Shown here: positions 56,540-64,000 of the stretch, one piece after another
Layout: each line of letters opens with the position of its first letter
Numbering within the stretch: position 1 is the stretch's first letter
Assembly (NCBI GenBank): GCA_044229975.1
Contig: JBGARZ010000015.1
Span: forward strand, 157,525 to 221,524
DNA length: 64,000 nucleotides
Source: Polyangiales bacterium
Lineage (GTDB): Bacteria; Myxococcota_A; Polyangia; Polyangiales; Ga0077539
Reading direction: 5' to 3'
Notes under the pieces: model-generated
Databases searched by the model: none
What the model was told of the DNA's origin: nothing
Seen by the model: the letters and a program-made list of their open reading frames with translations, nothing else
Program-made: the position numbers and the translations under genes

Positions 56540-56950
56540 ATGGGCCTCTTCGACGGATACTCTGGCGCGCAGGTGCACCTCACCCCCAAGGCGGCGCTCG
56601 TCGCCACGATGCTCTACCTGAGCTCGGCCGACGGTCAGCTCGACGACAGCGAGATCGGCGACCTGCTGAAGATCGTCCCCGACCGCAGCGCGCTCGACAC
56701 GGCGTTTCAGTACACGAAGCGCGCGGGGTTCGCGCAGTTTCTCGACGAGAGCAACCGGCTGCTCTCGCCGCAGCAGAAGATGTGCGCGGTGCTCAACGCG
56801 GCCGACCTCGCGATGGGCGACGGCTACCTCGCGCCCTCCGAGCAGCAGATGCTCAACCAGCTCGTGCACGCGTGGCAGATCCCCGAGCAGTACCTCGGGC
56901 CGTACGTGCAGGCGCTCATGGTGAAGAACAACATCGGCGTCTTCGGCTGA
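56540..56950 (+). CDS. TerB-family (tellurite resistance-like) protein
   Basis: Two ADG..D..E / DLAMGDG...SE metal-binding motifs; LMVKN at the C-terminus. Confidence 0.8.
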   Translation: MGLFDGYSGAQVHLTPKAALVATMLYLSSADGQLDDSEIGDLLKIVPDRSALDTAFQYTKRAGFAQFLDESNRLLSPQQKMCAVLNAADLAMGDGYLAPSEQQMLNQLVHAWQIPEQYLGPYVQALMVKNNIGVFG

Positions 56951-57016
56951 CCGTCGCCCCCCGTACCGCTCCGTCACCTTCGTCGAACACCACTGCGCCC
57001 GCTCAGGCCCGCGCGC

Positions 57017-57616
57017 TCAATCCATGCCTGCGTCCCGCGGTGTTCCGCCGTCGCCCGCTGTCCCGAGCGGTTGTCGCGTCGTCGGGTAGCTGCACATGCG
57101 CGGGAGGTCCGTCAGCACGCCCGTCGCGGAGCTTTCCGGGTGAACGCACACAAGGCCAGGGGCGCACTGATCGTTGCGTTCGCAGTCGCGGAAGACGCAG
57201 ACGCCGAGGTGGTCTCCCGCCGCCGTGCGCGGCTCGAACCCAGCACCGTCGGGGCACCTCTCGGTGGCCGTGCGAACGTCGATCAACGACCCGCACAGAC
57301 CCTCGGTCGGGCGCACGGGGTTGATCGGGAAGCAGATGCCCCGGCACGGGTTGACCCTCGTCCGCTCGACGTCCGCAGGGTCGCAGGGGAAGCCGTCCGC
57401 TCGGAGCGCCGGGTCGAAGGGCGTGCTCGTGCAGCGGCGGCCGGCGATCACTGCGGTGCGCGAGGCGTCGCCGCGGTCGCCGCGGTCGCCGGTGTCGCGG
57501 AGGACCCCCGCGTCGCTGCGCCAGACGTCCGGCACGTCGACGCGGTCGGCGTCCTGGGCGACGCACTGGCCGTCGGTCCCGCAGGTGGTGCCCCAGGGGC
57601 AGGACCCGCAGCTCAC
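57017..57616 (-). CDS. Cys-rich hypothetical protein, possibly 5'-truncated
   Basis: CGSCPWGTTCG...C and C....CAPGLVC motifs typical of secreted myxobacterial proteins, but no signal peptide and an in-frame stop just upstream. Confidence 0.5.
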   Translation of the reverse strand: MSCGSCPWGTTCGTDGQCVAQDADRVDVPDVWRSDAGVLRDTGDRGDRGDASRTAVIAGRRCTSTPFDPALRADGFPCDPADVERTRVNPCRGICFPINPVRPTEGLCGSLIDVRTATERCPDGAGFEPRTAAGDHLGVCVFRDCERNDQCAPGLVCVHPESSATGVLTDLPRMCSYPTTRQPLGTAGDGGTPRDAGMD

Positions 57617-57808
57617 GCGGCAGACACCATCCCCCTCCCGCGCGGGTCGCGAGGTAGCCGTTCCCGCCGGTCGTCATGGTCGGGCATCGCATCACCGGGC
57701 CGAGCAGCGGTCAACGCCGCGCTCTCCCCGGCCATGACGGGCGACCCGTTCGCCGTGACGCCCACCGAGCCCCGCGCGGGGGAGCATCCGCTGGCAGGGC
57801 CAATCCCT

Positions 57809-58258
57809 CTACGTGCAGAGCGGCGAACGCTCGATGGCGGTCGCGAGGGCGAATGCGACGAGCAGCGTCGGCGCGCTGGGAACAGTGAAGGGAGCGATCG
57901 GTCCCAACCGACGCCGCAACACGAGGGCCAGCAGCGCGGTCAAGAGGACGGCCCACACCAGCAGGGTCGTGCGCGTTCCGACCATCCACCCAAGGGCCGC
58001 GAACCACTTCGCGCCGCCGCCCCCGATGTGGCCCGAACGGAACGCCTGGAAGCCCGGGACGAACGCGATGAGGAGACCGAGGGCGTGCGTGCCGATCGCT
58101 CCGTCCTGCACGACGAGAAGCGCGCCGGTGGCGAGCCCGAGCGCGACCATGGATGTCGGGATGCGCCCGGTGCGCAGCTCCCACAGCGCGACGATCAGCG
58201 TCAGGGCGGCGGCCGTGAGATGCGACGTCCAGAAGGGGTCGTGCAACACGTCATGCAT
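57809..58258 (-). CDS. A24 prepilin peptidase (TadV/CpaA)-like membrane protein with substituted catalytic residues
   Basis: ALWELRTGRIP and GHIGGGGAKWFAALG align to A24 motifs A..D.R.RRIP and GGGD.K. Confidence 0.65.
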   Translation of the reverse strand: MHDVLHDPFWTSHLTAAALTLIVALWELRTGRIPTSMVALGLATGALLVVQDGAIGTHALGLLIAFVPGFQAFRSGHIGGGGAKWFAALGWMVGTRTTLLVWAVLLTALLALVLRRRLGPIAPFTVPSAPTLLVAFALATAIERSPLCT

Positions 58259-58388
58259 CCGCTGCTGCCTTCGTCGACCGTACACCGAAGTCGATCGTGC
58301 CCGTCGCCCGCTCACCCGCTCCGAATCCCAGCGAGTTACCCCCGAGCTTGACCCGCCGTCGCCCGCAGGCGTCTCATCGGCCCTGTCG

Positions 58389-58892
58389 ATGAGGGCCCAG
58401 GCGACAGTGTCTTCAGGCGTGTGGCGAGCCTGTCGGGTCGGCGTTGCGACGCTCCTCGTCGCATGTGCCCCGACGGCGGGCGGCGCCGATCTCGCGACGG
58501 ACGGCGGCACGACGACCACGGTGCGCCGCTGCGTCGACGTGTCCGGCGCGAGCGTGGCGTGCCCGATCACCGTGACCCCCACCGGGTGCCCCAACACCTC
58601 GGCCGCGGGGTGCACCGCGGTCACCGTGGAGGAGGTGCGCGTGGGCGCCGACGCGGGCGGTGCCTGCCTGCACCTCGTCGTCGCCAATCGGTGCGGTCGC
58701 ACCGTGTACTCCGACACCTGCATCGAGCACCTCGGGCCCGGCGGCCCGCAGTGGCAGTGCTGGCGCTCGACCACGTCCGCCGGCGGGACCATCGACGTCG
58801 GGCAGTGCGATGCGACGGGGCGCTACCACCGCTACTCGTCGCTCAACCGCGGCGAGGTCGACATCCTCCAGGTGCAGTGCGCGCACCCCTGA
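58389..58892 (+). CDS. Cys-rich hypothetical lipoprotein
   Basis: Lipobox LVAC; about 10 Cys in the mature part; start uncertain. Confidence 0.6.
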   Translation: MRAQATVSSGVWRACRVGVATLLVACAPTAGGADLATDGGTTTTVRRCVDVSGASVACPITVTPTGCPNTSAAGCTAVTVEEVRVGADAGGACLHLVVANRCGRTVYSDTCIEHLGPGGPQWQCWRSTTSAGGTIDVGQCDATGRYHRYSSLNRGEVDILQVQCAHP

Positions 58893-58973
58893 GGTTCGCG
58901 CGAGTCGCTGCCAGTCGCCCACGTCCCAGCCCGTCGCTTGCCTTTGAACGTGGATCGCAGACTCTCCCGATTC

Positions 58974-61900
58974 ATGGGTGAGGCGAGCCAGGTCGAGTTC
59001 GTGGAGAAGGTCTTTCCGGCCGAGCTGAAGGACATCAACGCGCGGCGCGCGCGGGTGCGGGGAGAGGCCCTCCCCCGGTACGACGGGGCGCCGACCGAGC
59101 ATCCCGCGGAGATCGCCGTCGGTGAGGGCACCGCGCCATCGATCAAGCACGGCCTCGTCGGGCTGGCGCTGTCGGGCGGCGGCATCCGGTCGGCGGCGTT
59201 CTCGCTCGGTGTTCTTCAGGCGCTGCACGCGGAAGGGATCTTCCCCTCCATCGACTACCTCTCGACGGTGTCGGGCGGCGGCTGGATCGGGTCGTGTCTC
59301 AGCGCCCTCATGCGCTCACCCGAAGGTTCGTTCCCCTTCGTCCCGCCCGCCAATCCCAGCGCGAAGGGCGCGGCGGACGACACGCCCGCGCCGCCCAAGA
59401 ACCGCGTGCTCGAGTACCTCCGCGACCGCACCTCGGCGCTCGTCCCGTCGGGCTTCTCGGGTGGCTCCGGGATGCTCGCCCGCGTGGTGCGTGGAGCGCT
59501 CATCACCGTCGCGATGCTCATGGCCACGCTCATCGCGCCCGCGCTGCTGCTGTCCATGCTGGTGCGGTACTACCTCGCCCTTCTTTCCCTCACCGTGCAG
59601 CGCGGCGCGGTCGGCGAGCTCCCGTGGTCGTCGTTCGTCGTGATCACCCCGAGGCTGCTCGGCGGGAGCCTGCTTCTGCTGCTGCTCATGCCGGTGATCC
59701 GCACCCTGCTGCCCGGGCCGCGGCGCCTCGTCAGCGTCGACCGCCTGTTCGTCGGCCTCTTCACCCTCTGCCTCGCCGCGCTCGCGTTCGAGACCCACGC
59801 GTTCGTGACCTGGTGGGCGGCGCGGCGCATCGACTCGGTGCACCTGGACTTCGGCGCCTTCCTCTCGGTGCTGTTCCACCGGCTCTGGCCCACGACCCCG
59901 CCCGGTCCGGTGACGCTGGCGATCGCCGGTGCGTGCTTCGCGCTGCTGCTCGTCTTCCGCGCCGCGCTCGCCCGGCTCCTTCCTCTCCTGCGCATCGCCG
60001 CGCTGGGTCTGGTGGCCGTCGGGAGCCTCGCGCCGCTCTACCTCTTCGTACTGTACATCAGCGTCTTCGAGGGGAGCGCCGGCTACGCAGGCGCGACCGG
60101 CCTCGTGCTCAACCCCCGCTCCGGAACGGTCATCGTCTCCTTGCTGGGGCTGGCGTTCATCGTGCTCATGGACACCAACGAGGCCTCGCTCCACAGCCTC
60201 TTCCGCGCGCAGATCGCGAAGCTCTTCATCATCCGCCGCAGCGGCGCCGAGCTCACCCCCGACCAGCGCATCCCCCTCAGCGCGCTCTCGCAGCCAGGGT
60301 CGGCGGCGCCCTACCACCTGCTCAACGCGGCGCTCAATCTCCAGGGCAGCGGCGACACGTCGCTCCGCGGGCGCAACAGCGACTTCTTCGTCTTCAGCAA
60401 GCACTTCATCGGCGGTCCTCGCACGGGCTACTGCCCCACCGCGGACTTCGAGCGCGTCGCGCCCGACCTCGACCTCGCCACCGCCATGGCGACGTCGGCG
60501 GCGGCCGCCGCGCCCAACATGGGGACGTACACCCTGCGGCCCGTCGTGCTGCTGATGGCCTTCCTCAACCTCCGCCTCGGGTACTGGCTGCTCAACCCGC
60601 GCAAGGTGGCGCGCGGCGCATCGGGGACGCCGGGTCTGTGGGAGCGCTTCAGGGCCTTCCCCGCGGGCTGGTGCTACTTCCGCGAGCTCGCGAGCGCCCT
60701 CCACGAACACGGTCGGCACGTGTACCTCTCCGACGGCGGGCACCTCGAGAACACCGGCGCCTACGAGCTCCTGCGCCGACGCTGCCGGTACATCATCGTG
60801 TGCGACGCCGAGGAGGACCCGACGATGGGCTTCGGCGGCCTCGCGGCGCTCATCCGCTTCGCGCGGCTCGACCTCGGCGTGGAGATCGACATCTCCCTCG
60901 ACGACCTCGCGCCCGACGAGCGCGGGGCGAGCCGGAGGCACGCGGTCCTGGGCAGCATCCGCTACCCCGAGCGGGATGGGATGTTCCAGGAGGTCGGGCA
61001 GCTCGTGTACATCAAGAGCTCGCGCACGGGAGACGAGCACCCCGTGATCGGGCAGTACCGCGCCGCGAACCCGCTCTTCCCGCACGAGTCGACCGCGAAC
61101 CAGGCCTTCGGCGAGGCGCAGTTCGAGGCGTACCGCGCACTGGGTGAGCACATCACGCGCGGCCTCGCCGGGCGGTCGTTCCTGTCCTTCCCGGGCCAGG
61201 ATCCGGTGGTGCGGTGGTTCCTCGCCATGGAGGCGCGCGCCCTCCCGCCGCTCCGCTATGACGGCGTCTTCCCGGGGCTGCGCGATGAGCTGGAGGAGAT
61301 CGAAGCGCTGCTGCGCGCGCCCGAGGCGGCGGGGTATTTCGCCGAACTCTACCCGGAGCTCGCGTCCGGTCACGCGCGCGCCGAGGTCGCGCCTGCCGTG
61401 CTGCACGAGGTGGCGATGCGGCAGATCCACCTGATCGCGTCGACGTACACGCAGCTCCACCTCGACGAAGAAAGCGCCATCGATCACCCATGGAACCGCG
61501 GGTGGCTCCAGATCTTCAGGCGCTGGATGGCCTCACCATCCTTCCAGCGCGTGTGGCTCATCGGCGCGCAGTCGTACGGGCCGTGGTTCCGGCAGTTCTG
61601 TGAGGAGGCGCTCGTCTGCATGATGTTCATCAACTGGCAGACCGCGACACGCGAAGAGCTCGCGCAGCACGGCTTCGCGCTCCCGCCAACCGCCGACCCG
61701 ACGCGGGCACTGCTGCTCGTGCGCTGCTCCCTCTCCACGTCGGCGGCGGAGATCGCCTACGCGGGTGCGAAGGTCCTCGCGGTGACGCTCGTCGACGGGC
61801 GCGCGTCGCTCACCGTGCATGCCTTCGATGTGCGTCCCGGTCTGCGCGACCTGATGTGCTCCGACGAGTGCCGCGACGCGCTCGACGAGATGCTCGTCGG

Positions 61901-62006
61901 CCTGGGGCTCCCTCGTGTGGGTGCCCCGGCGGGGCCGGCGCTCGGCCCCGAGGCGCTGGCCTCCCTCAACGCGATGACGGTGTTCGCCACCGCCGCCACG
62001 GGCTGA
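58974..62006 (+). CDS. Membrane-embedded patatin/cPLA2-like phospholipase
   Basis: LSGGGIRSA oxyanion motif, YLSTVSGG nucleophile, several TM helices, LSDGGHLEN, FPHEST.NQ.F.E.QFEAYR.LG. Confidence 0.85.
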   Translation: MGEASQVEFVEKVFPAELKDINARRARVRGEALPRYDGAPTEHPAEIAVGEGTAPSIKHGLVGLALSGGGIRSAAFSLGVLQALHAEGIFPSIDYLSTVSGGGWIGSCLSALMRSPEGSFPFVPPANPSAKGAADDTPAPPKNRVLEYLRDRTSALVPSGFSGGSGMLARVVRGALITVAMLMATLIAPALLLSMLVRYYLALLSLTVQRGAVGELPWSSFVVITPRLLGGSLLLLLLMPVIRTLLPGPRRLVSVDRLFVGLFTLCLAALAFETHAFVTWWAARRIDSVHLDFGAFLSVLFHRLWPTTPPGPVTLAIAGACFALLLVFRAALARLLPLLRIAALGLVAVGSLAPLYLFVLYISVFEGSAGYAGATGLVLNPRSGTVIVSLLGLAFIVLMDTNEASLHSLFRAQIAKLFIIRRSGAELTPDQRIPLSALSQPGSAAPYHLLNAALNLQGSGDTSLRGRNSDFFVFSKHFIGGPRTGYCPTADFERVAPDLDLATAMATSAAAAAPNMGTYTLRPVVLLMAFLNLRLGYWLLNPRKVARGASGTPGLWERFRAFPAGWCYFRELASALHEHGRHVYLSDGGHLENTGAYELLRRRCRYIIVCDAEEDPTMGFGGLAALIRFARLDLGVEIDISLDDLAPDERGASRRHAVLGSIRYPERDGMFQEVGQLVYIKSSRTGDEHPVIGQYRAANPLFPHESTANQAFGEAQFEAYRALGEHITRGLAGRSFLSFPGQDPVVRWFLAMEARALPPLRYDGVFPGLRDELEEIEALLRAPEAAGYFAELYPELASGHARAEVAPAVLHEVAMRQIHLIASTYTQLHLDEESAIDHPWNRGWLQIFRRWMASPSFQRVWLIGAQSYGPWFRQFCEEALVCMMFINWQTATREELAQHGFALPPTADPTRALLLVRCSLSTSAAEIAYAGAKVLAVTLVDGRASLTVHAFDVRPGLRDLMCSDECRDALDEMLVGLGLPRVGAPAGPALGPEALASLNAMTVFATAATG

Positions 62007-62412
62007 CGGCGCGTCCGCACGAGCGGCGCAACACCACTCAGAGCAGGCGTCGGCGACCTGGGCCGGGACGGCCATGTCGTCGCTCCCCACAACGGACCGG
62101 CGTTCGTGAGAACGCCGGAATCCCTAGCGACGGAGCGCTCTGCGGGACGACGACGAGCGTCTCGCGTCGCCACGACGCCGACTGCGAATCCCCGCGCGGC
62201 CACCACCGCGTGCCCGCGTTCACTCGGTGACGTGATCGAACGCGTTGCCGTACCAGTCGACGCACGAAGCGACGCCGCGGTCGTCGCTCCCGGCGGCGGA
62301 TCGCCGTCGACGACCTCGCGCAGGAGACGAGCGCCTGGACGGTGCCTGAGGCCTCCGCGGCCGCTGAGCCCTGGGGTACGGCGCGCTCATCCGTCGCGCT
62401 ATCGTCGCGCGC

Positions 62413-62889
62413 ATGGCAAAGCACCTGGCGACGATCGAGTGGACGTGTGGCGCGACGAGCGCCGAGTTCGTGAAGGGCCGCTACTCCCGCGAGCACGCGT
62501 GGAGCTTCGACGGTGGCGTCACGGTGCCGGCGTCACCGTCGCCGTCGGTGGTCCCGTCGCCGTGGTCCAACCCTGCGGGCGTCGACCCTGAGGAGGCCTT
62601 CGTCGCGGCGATCGCGAGCTGCCACATGCTGACGTTCTTGTGGGTCGCGTCGCGCGAGGGCATTGCGGTCGCGCGCTACCGCGACGAAGCGGTGGGAGAG
62701 ATGACGAAGAACGAGCACGGCGTGCCGTGGGTGAGCCGCGTGACCCTGTCGCCGACCATCGTGTACGCGGGCGACAAGCGACCCACCGACGACGACCTCG
62801 CGCGGCTGCATCACGCGGCGCACGAGGGCTGCTTCATCGCCAACTCGGTCCGGACCGAGATCGTGGTCGCGCCGCATCGGGCGGGGTGA
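62413..62889 (+). CDS. OsmC/Ohr-family protein
   Basis: YSREH, DPEEAFVAAIASCHMLTFL, AHEGCFIANSV. Confidence 0.9.
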   Translation: MAKHLATIEWTCGATSAEFVKGRYSREHAWSFDGGVTVPASPSPSVVPSPWSNPAGVDPEEAFVAAIASCHMLTFLWVASREGIAVARYRDEAVGEMTKNEHGVPWVSRVTLSPTIVYAGDKRPTDDDLARLHHAAHEGCFIANSVRTEIVVAPHRAG

Positions 62890-62904
62890 GGTCGCAGTCC
62901 CAGG

Positions 62905-63753
62905 TCAGCGGTCCAGCGTCGGCGCCGTCGAGAGGTCCACCGGGCCCGCGGCAAAGACCGCGTTGATCCGCGCCGCGACGTCCGCGCCCGGAGGCAGCGG
63001 GAGCGCGACGACGCGTCGCTCGCGGCAGTCGTTCTCGCGGAGCCACCAGGAGACCTCGAACACCAGCCGCTCCGGGCTCCGACCGCTCGGGTTCGGCAGG
63101 AGCGCCAGCGGCCTCGCGCACCCCGAGCCAGTGGCGGTCTCGCAGACGCCCGCTGGCCGTTGCCCCGCGAAGCGCGTGTGCAGTTCGGCGACGGGTGCGG
63201 GCAGCGGCGCGGGCGCGGTCGCGGGCGCCTGACGTTGGCGCAGGTGCGGGTCCACCATTCCCGCGGAGAGCACCAGCGCCACTGCGTCGAGGAGCACGCC
63301 CGGCGTGTCCCCGGTGCCTGGCCGGGTGCTCCCGGTCACCATCCAGTACGCGAGACCTTCACCGACGTCGCCCGTGAGCAGCGAGCTCGTCTGGCGGGCG
63401 ACGGCGCGACCTTCGAGCGTCTCCAACACCGGCATGGACACCGTCCCGAAGATGGCCGGCGTGCCGGGTGGTGCGGCCGGGTGCTCCACGACCAGCGTCG
63501 CAAGACGCCCGTTGGCGAGCACGTCGCCAGGCCCTGACGGCACCTGCACGCGCACGCGCAGCGGGGCGAGTCGCCGAACCTCCGCAGCGACGTCCGCGCG
63601 GTCACGGTCGGTGCCGAAGAACGCCGTCCGACAGGCATCGGTTAGCCGCCCGGCGCGGAGGAGCCCGGAGGTGTTCATCGCGCTCGTCGTGGATGCGCAG
63701 CCGGTCCCGGTCAGCGCCGCGATCGCGACGACGAGACAGGACCACCAGGGCAT
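62905..63753 (-). CDS. Hypothetical lipoprotein
   Basis: Hydrophobic signal ending GTGC; coding-like codon usage. Confidence 0.6.
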   Translation of the reverse strand: MPWWSCLVVAIAALTGTGCASTTSAMNTSGLLRAGRLTDACRTAFFGTDRDRADVAAEVRRLAPLRVRVQVPSGPGDVLANGRLATLVVEHPAAPPGTPAIFGTVSMPVLETLEGRAVARQTSSLLTGDVGEGLAYWMVTGSTRPGTGDTPGVLLDAVALVLSAGMVDPHLRQRQAPATAPAPLPAPVAELHTRFAGQRPAGVCETATGSGCARPLALLPNPSGRSPERLVFEVSWWLRENDCRERRVVALPLPPGADVAARINAVFAAGPVDLSTAPTLDR

Positions 63754-64000
63754 GGCCGACGGTGTGGATCGTGTCGTTCGATGGGCCGATGGGAGCATCG
63801 GCAGCAGGGTCGCACGAGAGGGGAAGGTTCACCTGGTGCCATGAGCTGACGTCGCGTCGGAGATTGGAGCTGATCGAGGGCGCAGGTCGGAAGGAGGGAG
63901 GGAGCGGCCGTCGCGTCACCCGACGGGCGCGGGCTCGACGGGCGCGGCGGGCTTCGCCGACCCGTCGCGGACCGCGAGGTGCGGAACCGTCGTGGTCAGC

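Noticed and set aside
63916..64000. Possible 3' end of a minus-strand gene at the window edge
   Set aside because: Only ~27 codons visible; not identifiable.

Overview
High-GC bacterial DNA with myxobacterial (Myxococcota, Polyangiales-like) hallmarks: a MYXO-CTERM-like tail, many 'DAG'-rich lipoproteins, eukaryotic-like Ser/Thr kinases, and PEGA, FGE and Cys-rich repeat proteins. The taxonomy is inferred from gene content only. Housekeeping genes include rsgA, a 2-oxoacid dehydrogenase E1-alpha, lpdA, ddl, a ketopantoate reductase, an enoyl-CoA hydratase and tRNA-Ser(GCT). The most notable locus is 15.7-19.5 kb: two paralogous radical SAM/SPASM genes flank two paralogous small proteins built as Zn-ribbon + lipoprotein signal + acidic repeats with 4 and 3 Y-G-x-P motifs. 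This looks like a splicease-type (tyramine-excising) RiPP system acting on lipoprotein precursors. Other notable items are an IS91/ISCR-like element followed by a degenerate duplicate of its upstream flank, a GNAT toxin paired with a TPR protein ending in a TacA-like tail, three ~150-bp inverted-repeat elements, an orphan serpin C-terminus and an A24 peptidase homolog lacking both catalytic Asp. All calls come from reading motifs by eye; no searches were run, and start codons are best guesses.
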